Of a stretch of 64,000 bases of DNA, positions 1 through 12,230 are shown one piece after another (positions within the stretch are counted from its first letter, which is position 1; each line of letters begins with the position of its first letter). Under the pieces are notes generated by a model. That model did no database searches, was not told the DNA's origin, and was given only the letters and a program-made list of their open reading frames with translations. Origin of the DNA: Felis catus. Lineage: Eukaryota. The position numbers and the translations under genes are program-made. The stretch is taken from positions 2,418,001-2,482,000 of the forward strand of contig NC_058383.1 in NCBI RefSeq assembly GCF_018350175.1, written 5' to 3'.

Positions 1-747
1 AAACCAGCTTGCAAACGACTGACAAGGTTCCACACAAGGGCCACCCAGAGCTGGGCTCTCTTTCACTGTGTCACCATCTCTGATTGGAGAGCGGTGAGTG
101 ATAGAATAAGCGATTTGCGAACGTTATGTCATCTGGTTGTACAGATAACGTTAGCACACCTATGAGAACGCCGGGCACTGGGGAGGTTTGGAGAGGAAGT
201 TGGAGACGGAAAAGATACATTCTTTGTGTCAAGAAACTTGCACGTAAGTTAGGGAGCCAGGCTGCTCAAGTCCCCGAGCACAGGGAACGCTAGGGGAATC
301 CCTAGTTTCTGCCACAGAACCAGGGTCTTGAAGGATCTAAACTCCCCAGGGACCTTGAGTGCTGATGGATATGTGGCATGTCATTTATTGAGGCGTGAAT
401 TTGTATCACTTATGAGTCAACACACCATCTAGTACTCTGTCATCCTTCACAAATGATGGAGAAAGTCTTGTTTCTTTGTAAAAATACCCTTCCACAGAAA
501 GACGCACGCTAGTGTTATAACAGAAGTAGAAAGTCGGAGGCCTCAGAAAGCAATGTGTCTGAAAGAGAAAATAGGAATTTTGAACAATTAAACAGGAAAA
601 TGTAGAATTCAGCAGTGGACCAGAGTGAGCTCTTCATTCAGTTAAGAGAGACTGTGAAAAGGTGATTCACAAAACACTTAGCACTTAGCAAGTGCTCCAG
701 ACAACATTTACAAACAAATTTATATCTTTATAAATAACTTTATGTCT

Positions 748-964
748 GGGGCACCGGGGTGGCTCAGTCGGTTAAGTGTCCGACTTTAACTCAGGTCATA
801 ATCTTGTGGTTCGTGAGTTTGAGCCCCGCGTCCGGCTCTGCACTGAGCGTGTGGTGCCTGCTTCAGATTCTGTGTCTCCCTCTCTCTCTGTCCCTCCCCT
901 GCGCACACTCTGTCTCTCTGTCTTTCTCTCTCAAAAAGAAATAAACATTAAAAATTTTTTAAAT
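748..964 (+). mobile_element. CanSINE (felid SINEC), full length
   Basis: GGGGCACC...TGGCTCAGTCGGTTAAG tRNA-like head, (CT)n, A-rich tail; 17-bp target-site duplication TAAATAACTTTATGTCT at 731-747 and 965-981. Confidence 0.95.
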
Positions 965-1339
965 TAAATAACTTTATGTCTGTGTTGATGCAATTATTAC
1001 ATAGTGTCCAGTTTGGGGTTTTGACAAGGTTTCTGGACATATCCTTTAGATGTGCCATAGGGTTCACGTGCTTGAAGTAAACAAGCTGATCTGTGTGCTT
1101 AAGAACAATCTCTTAATTATCCCCTACATATGTATGACATGTTATGGTTTTTGAAGTGCTTCCACATACACGGCCTTCTCATTTGTCCTGTGAACACTGC
1201 TGGGAGGGAGGCAAGGCAGAGACGACTGTGATCCCTGGATCCCAGGGAGTTAATGTCGCGTGTCAGGGGAAGCACAGTAATTTACAGAAGCCGGGTTGGA
1301 AACCTGGCCCAGTATATTCCCCATGCACAATATGAAGTG

Positions 1340-1520
1340 GATGAAAGCTGGACTCTACCACCTACTAGCTGTGTGACCTTGATCAACTCACTTAACCTCT
1401 CTGAGACTTACTTTCTTGATCTGTAATATCAGGAAAAAATAGGGCTCTGATAAATGTTAAACAAGTTAACACACATAAGGCCCTAATACATAGTGGGCAT
1501 TCGGTAATTTCCAACATTAT
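1340..1520 (+). mobile_element. MIR SINE fragment
   Basis: Core ctagctgtgtgaccttgatcaactcacttaacctctctgag...ctgtaa. Confidence 0.75.
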
Positions 1521-2348
1521 GGTTATTATCATGGAGCTTGGGGAATCAAGTACTACAAATTTAGAATAATAATACTGGCGTGATGATGAATAGTCCGTAA
1601 GGACAAGGTACTGTACGATATTAAAATGCAAAACCTTAAATATAGGTACAGCCTTAGAGATGAAATAACATATAGCTCCCAAAGAGAATAAGCAAGGCCC
1701 AAATTTGTGAACAGATGGCCACCACGTGTTTAAAAATTGGTAGAGGGGTGGGAGAGGTGGCCTGAATGCCCCTCCTAACTTATGTTCGATTCCACCTCCT
1801 GAGCTCGGGGGCAGCCAGGAGGGAGGGTCCAATGGCAGGGCCTGGAATGCATATGCGGAGTGGTGAGCTCTTCTGGAATCTCTAGAAAAGAGAATAGCCA
1901 CAGGACTCATTTTCCAGCCCGGTGGGAGTGAGGGGCTCAGCAGCTCCAAGGCCTGGGATAAGGTCCAGAACTCTGCGGTTCCCAAAAGGAATAAAGTCCT
2001 CTTGGGTCCCAAGAATGCAGTCCCCTGTGCGGGCTTCTCTAGCCTGGGGAGAATGCGGGATAAATGCATGGGCAAGGGGGCGGGGAGATTGCCCGTGTCT
2101 GAGAATGGGGGCTTGCCAACCACTAGAACTGCTGAAACGTGGCAGCTTCCTCTCTGTGCTCATCACAGGGGCAAAGGTTTGCCCGTTACCTCATCTTTCA
2201 TCACTACAAAAGAGACCCAAAGAGCTTTCCTTGAAAGCCAAAGAGCTCTGAGTAGGAAGAAGGAAGTCTGAAGAGGCTGAAAAGGATCCAGGTACCAGAG
2301 AGAAGAAACAGAACATCTCAATTAATGGTAAATAGATGAAAACTTCAC

Positions 2349-2395
2349 ATCATCACCACCATCACCGCCACCACCATCATCACCATCATCTCATC
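2349..2395. repeat. (CAT/CAC)n trinucleotide repeat
   Basis: catcatcaccaccatcaccgccaccaccatcatcaccatcatc. Confidence 0.8.
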
Positions 2396-2724
2396 TTAGG
2401 AGAACTGTTCATGGTATAAAACGGCATTGCACAATATCAACAAATGATTATGGTAACCATTGAGAACTTCTGAAAGCAAGACAAGGGAACTGGAAGATAA
2501 AACGAAAGAAGTATCTCAAAAGTCAGAGGAAAAGTACAAAGAGATGAAAATCACGAGAGGAAGAACGGGAGACTTACCTGGGAGTGCTAAGATTCTGGAA
2601 GGACAGGGAAAACATATGGAAGAGAGAAGTAATCGAAGAGATTTCTTTTTCTGACGGTATGGTAGACCGACCCTTCCGCAGCAACAGTTAAAAATGCCTT
2701 ATTAACTAGTCAAAACCGTTTTTG

Positions 2725-2914
2725 AAATGTTTATTTCTTTATTTTCAGAGAGAGAAGAGGGGGAGGGAGGCACAGAGGGGGAGGGAGAGAATCCCAAGCA
2801 GGCTCCATGTTTAGCGTGGAGCCCAACATGGGACTAGATCTCGTGACTGTGAGATCATAACGTGAGCTGAAACCAAGAGGTGGATGCTTAACCGACTGAG
2901 CCACCCAGGTGCCC
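2725..2914 (-). mobile_element. CanSINE
   Basis: Reverse-complement head (ttaaccgactgagccacccaggtgccc), GA-rich body, T-rich tail. Confidence 0.9.
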
Positions 2915-4159
2915 TCAAAACTTTTTTTTTTTTTCTTTTTTGAGTCACTGAGCTGAGTATGAAACCTCAGGGGCCAAAATCAAAGTGGAAACAAAAATTC
3001 AGAGTTAAGCTGATTAGCGGTGAAGCCACCAGCTTCCCTAACAACATCTGCTGTGTTGGATGTTGTGGAGGAGACGTTCGATTTTCCTCATGGAGCAGAC
3101 GTTCGATTTTCCTGGCCGCAGGAGTTGAAGCTGAAAGATTATTAAAGGTAGAGAGTCTGATACAGGACACCTGCATAAACCTTGCACCCAAAAGGACTAT
3201 ACATTCAGCGAAAGAGCTGGTAAGTCAACAGTATGGATGTCAATCATTTATCAACAGGTTAAGTTCCGAGGGAAGTGAGTGTACATTTTTTTCAACCACC
3301 CATGAACACGCAAAAAGATAAGGCATCATGAGTGAAAGCCAGCCCAAACCACAGATAGCAGAATCACACTAAAAAATGTGGAATAGATATTGGCCTTGTC
3401 AAATGCAGATCATAGAGTAAATATTCTTAATATCTCTAAAGAAAGAAGAGAGGCTATTGAAAGTATTAGTAAGGAACAAGAGAATATAGAAAATGGGGAG
3501 GTGTGAACAAGAACCAAATAACACAACTAAAAATGAAAACTGTAATTGAAACAGAAACATGATAGATGTGTTACGTAGCACAGTAAGACACGGATCAAGA
3601 GAGTAAACTGAATACAGATCTGAAAACATCGCCTTCAATCCAACACAAAAATACAGAAGACAAGAGGCCGGAAATACCTACTGAACATACATATTTAGCC
3701 AGAGTGCCACAGGGGACTAGAGAGAAAGAAGAAGGAGCAGTATCTTAAGTAATCACGGCTTAGAATTTTAAGCTGGCAAACGACACGAAATACTTAGCTT
3801 GAGAAATGAAATCTAGACTGAGAGACACCATAGTGACCTTGCAGGACATCACAGACAAAGAGAGGATCTTAAAGGCAGCCAAAGGAAAAACTCTAACAGC
3901 TACTGTTTATAGGATACTTACCACACTGACACTATTCTGAGCACTTTGCCTACACTAGCTTGTGTCATCTGCAAAGCAACCACAAAAATTGAGAGCTGAT
4001 ACCTGAAGGACAAAAGAGGAAGCTAGATTGGAATTCATATCTTAAAAGCATCGAGGAGATATAACCATTAACTTAAAACGGCAAACCCAGTAAAAATACA
4101 GCTCAAGAAAATGGAGGATGTGGGGGCATTTCAAACAAAGAAAAATAGATGATTACCTT

Positions 4160-4337
4160 AATTATGGGCTGAATTGTGCCTCCTCCTCCAAAATTCATAT
4201 GTTGTACTCTTAACCCCCAGGACCTCAGAATGTGACTCTATTGGGGCATAAGATTTTTAAAAGGTAATTAAGTTACAAGGTCATTAGGCTGGGCTGCGAC
4301 CCCATGACTGGTGTCCTCATGGGAAAAGGAAATTTGA
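4160..4337 (+). mobile_element. MLT1A/B-like MaLR LTR, 5' half only
   Basis: ttatgggctgaattgtgcc...aaaattcatatgttg...acctcagaatgtgact...ggtaattaagtta...actggtgtcct matches the recalled MLT1 LTR start. Confidence 0.8.
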
Positions 4338-4338
4338 G

Positions 4339-4535
4339 GGGGGCCTGGATGGCTCAGTTGGTTAAACATCCGACTCTTGATTTCAGGTCAGGTCATGATC
4401 TCACAGTTTGTGGGATTGAGCCCCACGTTGGGCTCTGCGCGGAGCCTCCTTGGGATTCTCTCTCTCTCTCTGCCCCTCCCCCACTCATGCTCGCTCTCCA
4501 AGTAAATAGACATTCATTAAAAAAAAAAAAAAAAA
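4339..4535 (+). mobile_element. CanSINE (first of three in tandem)
   Basis: tggctcagttggttaaacatccgactcttgatttc head; (CT)n; poly-A. Confidence 0.92.
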
Positions 4536-4542
4536 ACAGAGG

Positions 4543-4769
4543 GGGGCGCCTGGGTGGTGCAGTCGGTTAAGCGTCCGACTTCAGCCAGGTCACGATCTTG
4601 CGGTCCGTGAGTTCGAGCCCCGCATCAGGCTCTGGGCTGATGGCTCGGAGCCTGGAGCCTGTTTCTGATTCTGTGTCTCCCTCTCTCTCTGCCCCTCCCC
4701 CGTTCATGCTCTGTCTCTCTCTGTCCCAAAAATAAATAAACGTTGAAAAAAAAAATTAAAAAAAAAAAC
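4543..4769 (+). mobile_element. Young cat-type CanSINE (SINEC_Fc-like; second of three)
   Basis: ggggcgcctgggtggtgcagtcggttaagcgtccgacttcagccaggtcacg...ctgtcccaaaaataaataaacgttgaaaa; CpGs retained; flanked by AACAGAGG duplication. Confidence 0.93.
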
Positions 4770-4775
4770 AACAGA

Positions 4776-4983
4776 GGGGCGCCTGGGTGGCTCAGTCGGT
4801 TAAACGGCTGACTTCAGCTCAGGTCATGATCTCGCAATTTGTGAGTTCGAGCCCCATGTCGGGCTCCGTGCTGACAGCTCAGAGCCTGGAGCCTGCTTCG
4901 GATTCCGTATCTCCCTCTCTCTCTGTCTCTCTCCTGCTCGTGTTCTGTCTCTGTCTTTGTCTCAAAAAAAAAAAAAAAAAAAA
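4776..4983 (+). mobile_element. CanSINE (third of three)
   Basis: ggggcgcctgggtggctcagtcggttaa head, (CT)n, long poly-A. Confidence 0.93.
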
Positions 4984-5655
4984 GACTAGATGCGCCAAAA
5001 AGAAGGAAAAAGAATCTCAAAAGGAAGGTCTGCCATACAAAAAGAAAGAGTGGACAGTTTCTGAAGATACAGGCCACTCTTCTCATTGACTATATCAAAT
5101 AACAATAATAATTTTAACTTGTGGAGTTAAGGGGAAAAAATAGGACGAAAATACCGGATACCAAAGGCACATATACAGGGAGGGGATGATCACAAAGTTC
5201 TAAGATCTTTCAAAGCTGGAGAGGAGAATAAACACTTTGATTAATGTTAAACTTTGTCAAGTTAAATATTCACGCTACAATTTTTCGTGTAAACACAAAA
5301 AGAAAGAGAAGTGGGGTGTACAAATTCCACACTCGCAGAGGGGAAACATGGAATGAGGAAGCAAAAATCAACCAAGACGAAAGAATGTGAGGAACGAAGG
5401 AAGGAGAAACACAGGAACGGAAGCAGGACAAACGGGCCAGAATAAGGTGTCAATACATCCGAATATACGACTCATCAAAATAAATGTAAACAGGCTAGAA
5501 TAGTTCAAAGACAATTAGACTGGATAATATAAAAACAAGGTCCAGCTTGTTTTTAGCCTAAAGGACATGCCTGATGACCCAGAAAAGATGAAAGAGTGAA
5601 GAAAGATTTACCAGACAAATACCCCACGAAAGAAGTCTGGCAAATCTATGTTAAT

Positions 5656-5868
5656 TTTTTTTAAACATTTATTTATTATTGAGAGACAGAGAGACACGGA
5701 GCGTGAGCAGGGGAGGGGGAGAGAGAGGGGAAGACACAGAATCCAAAGCAGGCTCCAGGCTCCGAGTGGTCAGCACAGAGCCCGACGCGGGGCCTGAACT
5801 CACAAACTGCGAGGTCATGACCTGAGCCGAAGTCAGTCGCCTAAACGACTGAGCCACCCAGGCGCCCC
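5656..5868 (-). mobile_element. CanSINE inserted in L1 ORF2 remnant
   Basis: Reverse-complement SINE; TSD GGCAAATC(T/G)ATGTTAAT at 5639-5655 and 5870-5886. Confidence 0.94.
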
Positions 5869-6143
5869 GGGCAAATCGATGTTAATAGGAAACAGAGTGG
5901 ATTTTAAGCGTAAAAGCATTGCTAGTGATGAAGAGTCATTTCATACAATAAAAGGTTTAATTCGCTGGTAAGGTGTAACAATTCTAAACTTGTATGCACC
6001 CAATAACAGCCTCAAACCTTTAAAGGAAAAGAATGAACACAACCTCAAGGAGAAAGGGAGGAATCCCTCCAAAGGGAAGGGTGGGGCTGGGGGTTAAACA
6101 CACCTCTGCTAGTAATGAACAGTTCAAGAAATCGAAAAACATG

Positions 6144-6562
6144 GTTGTGGGAGCCTGTTCCATCGGTAGCCCCCAAAAGAATCACTTCTCTTTACACGAA
6201 TCCAGATCGGATGTGGAGCATGCTTTGATAAATAGAGTGTGGCAGAGGTGATATTCTGCCAGTTTCAGGTTTGAGCCCTAAGGAAGCCTGAGAGTCTCTG
6301 TTTTTATGTGCTCAGAGCCCTGTGCTGCCTTGAGGAGCCGGCTGCTGTGCTGAGAGGCTGGGGGAAAAGATGAAGACGCCAGAGCTATTTGCAAAAAGCT
6401 GCCCGAGTGTCCCAGCCCAGCCACATGCTCAAGACAACCCGGGCCGCGGGAAGGACCAGCAGAGCTGCTGGGCTGAGTCCAGGTTGCAGAGTCACGACCA
6501 CAGGGCATGTGCTAAGCCGCTAAGATTTGGAGTGACTTGCTACGCACCCATCAGTAACTTAA
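6144..6562 (+). mobile_element. Old MaLR (MLT1-type) solo LTR
   Basis: Interrupts the L1; ends in tgtgctaagccgctaagatttggagtgacttgctacgca...taac, typical of MLT1 3' ends. Confidence 0.65.
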
Positions 6563-6984
6563 GCGACAGTGAACGGGTTTGACCTGCTACAGATGGGTTG
6601 AGTGGTGAGCCCAATGATTACAGAATACATATGCTGTTCAAATGCAAGAAACATTTTCGAAATTGACCACAAAATAGAAGGCAAGTTTCAACACATTTTG
6701 AAGGCCTGGTGTCTTGCGAGCCTCATTCTCTGGCCATGTTAAACTTGATATTACTTTTTTTAGATGCGTCAAGTTCAATTTGGTATTATTACCGTGAAGC
6801 TGTCTTCCGAAAAGTCCAAAGTTTTAGAAATTAAACATAGTCCTTCTAAGTAAACAGTCTAGCTCGTTTAACTTGTTGCCTACGGCACCAAGTAAGCAAG
6901 GCCGTGGAACCCCTTGTGTGTTACTGCTTCCTCACCTCACGCATGCCTCCCTCTACGACTGTCATGCGGCGATACGGCCTCATT

Positions 6985-7190
6985 TAGAGCGTGGCTCTGA
7001 GGCCCGCCTGTCTGCGATCCGATCCTGGCTCTATCCTCTACTGGCTGTGTGGCCTTGGGCAGACTTCCTAGTCTCACCGTGCCCCTCTTTTCCTCACCGG
7101 TAAAGTGGGAACCATCATGGCACTACAGTTCTGCAACGAAGTTGAAATGACCGCAGATTAGGTGAGATATCAAAGCCCTAAGAAGAAAGA
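6985..7190 (+). mobile_element. MIR fragment
   Basis: atcctggctctatcctctactggctgtgtggccttgggcagacttcct...cctcttttcctcaccggtaaagtggga. Confidence 0.7.
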
Positions 7191-7825
7191 CCTTCAGGAA
7201 GTAAGATCTCTGAAGGTTAATTATTATTACTATTATTCCATTCATGGTCTATGCAATGACACTGACACTCTCTTACCCCAAATCACATACTGAGGAAGTG
7301 GCAAAGCTGGAATTTCATCCCTGTCTTTCTGCCTCCCTATCCTCCCTTTCCGGCATCAAGTGTCTCCCCCTTCATGGACCTAGGAATAGGGCCCTCATTC
7401 CTTCCTCCTCCTGCCCCCCACAAACCCAACCACTCTGGAGAGTTTAGCAACTCTGGCTCCTATTTTGGGGAAAGATTGCTCCCGCCTCAGGGCCTTGCCT
7501 CCAGTTACTTCCTCAGCCCCCCAAACCGTCCCACCCTCAATTCTCTCTCAGGTGCTCACCCTTCCAGACAAAGCTCAAACTTCACTTTCTTGGGAAGCCT
7601 TCCCTGAACCCAAACTTGCCCTGCACACCCCACCAAACTAGGCCCGGTTCCCATGATCTGCTCTCCTAGCACCCCATGCTTCCACTTAGAGAGTTTATCA
7701 TATTTAAATTACTTGTATCATTATATGTTGAATGTCTCTCCAGCTGCATCTATGAGTCAAGGTCTGTCTATACAGGGCTGGAGCCCTGCACCTGCACATA
7801 GTAGGAATTCAATCACTGCTTGTTG

Positions 7826-8645
7826 GGTAGATGGGTGGAAGGAAGGAAAGAAGGAAGGACGGAAGCAAGGGAGGAAGGATGGGTGGGTTGAATGTGGGTG
7901 GATGGATGGATGGATGTAAGAATGGATGGATGGGTGGATGGGTGAACGGATGGATGGGTGTATGAATGGATAGATGATGTATGAACGGATAGATGGATGG
8001 ATGGGTGTATGAATGGATACATGAGTGGATGGATGGGTAGATGAATGGATGGATGGGTGGATGAACAGATGGATGGATGGATGGATGGATGGATGGATGG
8101 ATCAATGGATGGATGGGTGGATGAATAGATAGATGGATGGATGGATGAATGGATACATGAGTGGATGGATGGGTAGATGAATGGATGGATGGGTGGATGG
8201 ATGGATGGGTGGATGAATGGATGGATGGGTGGATGAACGGATAGATGGATGGATGGGTGTATGAATGGATACATGAGTGGATGGATGGGTAGATGAATGC
8301 ATGGATGGATGGATGGATCAATGGATGGATGGGTGGATGAATAGATGGATGGATGGATGAATGGATACATGAGTGGATGGATGGGTAGATGAATGGATGG
8401 ATGGGTGGATGGATGGATGGGTGGATGAATGGATGGATGGGTGGATAAACGGATAGATGGATGGATGGGTGTATGAATGGATACATGAGTGGATGGATGG
8501 GTAGATGAATGCATGGATGGATGGATGGACGGATGGGCTGATGGATGGGTGGATGGATGGGTGGATGGATGGCTGTATGAATGGATGGATGGGTGGATGG
8601 ACTGGCAGATGAATGGATGGATGGATAGATGGCTGGATGGTTGAA
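7826..8645. repeat. (GGAT)n-type compound microsatellite following an L2-like tail
   Basis: About 820 bp of ggat/gggt/gaat units. Confidence 0.97.
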
Positions 8646-8810
8646 TGGCATTCACAGTCTCTAGGGGCCTTGAGGACATCACAGAAAACCCTTTCTTTAG
8701 GATAGGCTTAGTCACTTCTCTGGAAGTAGACAAGAAGATTTTTCAGGATGCTGCCTGTCATAGTTTGGAAGAGAGAGTTGTCTTGCTGACTATTTCACCC
8801 AGAGTCAGCA

Positions 8811-9007
8811 TTTTTTAAAAATACTATTATTTTTTAATGTTTTTATTTATTTTTGAGAGAGAAAGAGAGACAGAGTGCAAGCAGTTGAGGCACAGAGGGA
8901 GAGAGAGGGAGACACAGGGCCTGACACAGGGTTCGAATTCATGAACCATGAGATCATGTCCTGAACTGAAGTCAGATGCTTAACTGACTGAGCCACCCAG
9001 GTGCCCC
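8811..9007 (-). mobile_element. CanSINE with internal deletion
   Basis: Reverse-complement head taactgactgagccacccaggtgcccc; flanking CAGAGTCAGC at 8800-8809 and 9008-9017. Confidence 0.9.
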
Positions 9008-9664
9008 CAGAGTCAGCGTGTTTTTGGCGAAGAGTTAGCCGTGGAACCCAGGCCTCAAGTGGTGAGGCCCTTCCCTCCTTGAACCCAGGTTCGACTTACT
9101 TGACCTCAAGCGTCAGACAGAGGACATTTATGGGAGCCAAGAGTCAGCAATTTTGAGAATCAGGTAAGCAGTGCGGACAGAGGAGTGACTGTCTGCCTCA
9201 GGTGCTCACCCAAGTTCAATATCACAGGCTGGTACGTGTTATTTCATCTTTGGTAGCATCATACACGGAGACTTGCACATCGCCTCTGAAGATCAGGCTA
9301 GGATCTGGGGGTGCCCCTGGGGGATGCCCAAGAAACGGCGAGGAACTTCACAGGAGCTGCCCAAATGCACGATGCAGCAGAAGGACCCACATTCCTCACC
9401 CTTGGTTTAGCCTCACGAAATTCCCCTAAACCCAGGATTGATTTATTTCTGACTCTCGTCTCAAGTCCACTAAAGGCTGTGGGGAAGATCTCCTTTATGT
9501 CCACTCCTTCCAGGACCCAGGCTGAGCTGGCGGCCACCAGCGTGAAGCCTGCTGGTCACCAAGCAGAAGAAAAGAGTGGACGCTGCAGGGTTTTGCACCG
9601 ACGACGGAATGCACGGCCTGGAAGTAACATGTCAGCTGCACACAAGCTTATTGGCCAGGATTTG

Positions 9665-10290
9665 GCATGGTTAGTTTGAGGTGTCAGTTTGGTGAGGCCA
9701 TCTGTACTCAGCGATTTAATCACACACGGATCCAGGTGGTGCTGTGAAGGTGTTCTGTCCATGTGGTTAACATGTACCATCAGTCGACTTTAAGTAAAGG
9801 TTACCCTCGTTCATGTGGGTGGGCCTCAACCAAACAGTTGAAAGGCATTAAGAACAAAAACTGAGGTTTCTCAGAGAAGAAGGAGTTCTGACTCCCAAGT
9901 GTAGCAGGGAATCCTGCCTGGGTCTCCAGCCTGCCGGCCTGCTCCACAAAGTTCCGATTTACCAGCCCCACAACGGACGTGATCTCAGGTCATGATCTCA
10001 CAGTTCGTGAGTTCAAGCCCCGCGTCGGGTTCTGTGCTGACAGTGTGGAGCCTGCCTGGAATTCTTTCTCACCCTCTCTCTCTGCCCTTTCCCCAACTTG
10101 CTCTCTCTCTCAAAGTAAATAAATAAGCTTCAAAAAATAAATCTCTTGATGTATATAAATGTAAGCCTCTTGATCTGTTACTACAGTATATACACGATTA
10201 TTATATATAATATATGCACCATATATAACATTGTGTGTATATGATCTCCTGTTGGCTGGAGTTCTCTGGGAAAGCCCCAAACTGACGCAA
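9665..10290 (+). mobile_element. MLT2-like ERVL solo LTR with an inserted SINE
   Basis: atgtgggtgggcctcaaccaaacagttgaaaggcattaagaacaaaaactgagg and ccagcctgccggcctgc motifs; (TA)-rich segment before the 3' end. Confidence 0.75.
9981..10143 (+). mobile_element. 5'-truncated CanSINE
   Basis: ctcaggtcatgatctcacagttcgtgagttcaagccccgcgtcgg...(CT)n...aaataaataa. Confidence 0.88.
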
Positions 10291-12049
10291 AGCTAGCTGT
10301 GTCAGCCCTAACAAAGGGACCGGGAAGTACAGTCTTGCCAAGGACTGAAGACGCCCAAACCTTCGGCTAGTAGTAATAGCCGCTGTAGAGTTACTGCAAA
10401 GGTGAGAGATACAATACGGAAAACACTTAGGGTGCAAAGTGCATCGTGGGTGCACCGCGCTCTGCTGCTTGCCAGCTGTGCTGACTCTTGGACCAGTTAC
10501 GTATCTCTCTGTGCCTCAGTTTACTAATCTATACAATAGAGATGAAAAATAATCAAGCCTGAAGGGTTGCGAAGGTTAGGTGCCTGAACGGATGGAAGGA
10601 ATTTAGTCCGGCGCGTGGAAATTTACTTCATTCCCGTCGTGGGGTATCTCCCTCCTTTGCACTTGGCCTTCTCGAGAAGTCCCACTGCAGCCGTCTGGAA
10701 ATTCTGCCTAACTTACCGCAGATCGCTGTGCCCTCTGGGACCGCCTTCCTGATCCTCCCCCCACCTTCCGCAGACAGGCAAGGGCAGGGTCCCGCGGTGG
10801 CCCTCTCCTGCTCTCTGGGTCGTCTGCACATCTGCACCGGCCAAGGCTCTCAGAGCACAGAGGCATAATGGGAGGGGGGCTCAGAGCCTGCTTCCTGGGT
10901 TAGGAGAAGGTCAGGGGAGCTGCCTCGGCTCAGAGACACCCAGAAGGTGTGTATGGGGAGCAGTGGGTTCCATTCGCTAGCTGTGACTTTGGGAAGCCCG
11001 GAGCCGTCCTAGGACTGACTACATAATTTGCAGGGCCCAGTACAAAATGAAAACGAGGGGGTCCCTTGTTCAAAAGGTGCTAGGAATTTCAAGATCTGCC
11101 GCGAGCATGGGCACAGGGGCTGCGGGAGTAGGGACGGGAGCGTAGGAGTGGGGGGCATCCAGGGCCAGGACCCTCACGGGGAGCGCTCTGGAGCAGGAAC
11201 CCCGGGCGGAGAGGACACGCCGTCCCCTTGTGGCGCAGGCTTGGGCGCCAGCCTGCTCCGGGCCCTGGGGAGACACGTAGCTGTTTATGGTCGCTCTGGC
11301 CCATGTCGGGAATGCACAGGAAATGGCTTGGTTTTCCCCACTAGTGATTCACTCCCTCAGCCCTGCTCTTTCCGTTCTCCGCTTCCTGCCCGTTGCTAGG
11401 GCTCGGACAGATTCTGTCCTTTCGCCGGCACTTTGGGGCCATAAAAAGGCCGGTTTCGTTGAATCTAAAGCTTCCACCTCAAGTCCAGTTTCACGCCCAT
11501 CTCGTCCCCTCAGCCCGGCCCTGAGAGCCCCAGGGGGGAGGCGGGGAGGGGGAACCAGCTGCCTCTCCCTCCTTCCTCTTCCTCCCTCTCTGCTTAGCCC
11601 AAGCCGTGGAGGGAGAGGCGGGGAGGCAGGAGGAGGGAACCAATCCAGCTGTCTTTCTTAGCTTGACCCTGACCGCTCCCCCCCCCCACGGCTGCCGCCC
11701 CAAGTCCCGATTTCTTCCGCGCCCCCCCCCCACCTCCTCACTGTCTCCTGCTTATCTGGCTGGTGGTGGGGGGATGGGGAGACGGTGGGGGTGCCTTTGG
11801 CTGCTTCTGCCCTGAGAAGACATCTTCCCCTTTCGCTGCTGGCCGGGGGCAGCTTCTAGCTTGGAGCCCCAGACCACAATTCCGGGGCAGCGGGAAAAAC
11901 TTCTCTTCGTAGGACACGACAGAGACACTCGGAGCTTTGCCGGGGAAGCCAGACAACATGCAGCTGGTCTCTGGCCTGGGCACGATAATGTCGCAGCAAC
12001 TGCGGCTCAGACGAACGTACCGCGTTCCCTCTGTGCCGGGAGCTGCGCT

Positions 12050-12230
12050 GAGCGCTTTACTGCCATTAAAGCATTAAATTGTCACAACTAGGAGGTACAT
12101 GCTATCTTAAGTCCCATTTTTCAGTGACGAGGAAACTGAGGCTAAGAAAGGTGAGGAGCCACGCCCATGGCCACGAAACCCTACCGTGGCAGAGTCAGGG
12201 CTGGAGACAATCTCTTCCCGACTCCGTGTC
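12050..12230 (-). mobile_element. MIR fragment
   Basis: cccatttttcagtgacgaggaaactgaggctaagaaaggtgagg. Confidence 0.7.

Larger units (their letters stand above)
2440..6860 (+). mobile_element. Fragmented ancient LINE-1 (ORF1 and ORF2 endonuclease remnants), interrupted by SINEs and LTRs
   Basis: A-rich plus strand; 5981-6004 attctaaacttgtatgcacccaat encodes ILNLYAPN, the L1 endonuclease motif; many stops and frameshifts; boundaries approximate. Confidence 0.75.

Noticed and set aside
748..830. tRNA-like A/B-box sequences
   Set aside because: These are the heads of tRNA-derived CanSINEs, not tRNA genes
1392..2123. 243-aa minus-strand ORF
   Set aside because: Non-ATG start, C-terminal part runs through a MIR, and no recognisable homology
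7809..8733. 280-306 aa HPSI-repeat ORFs, and similar ORFs at 38.1-40 kb
   Set aside because: Artefacts of (CCAT)n microsatellites
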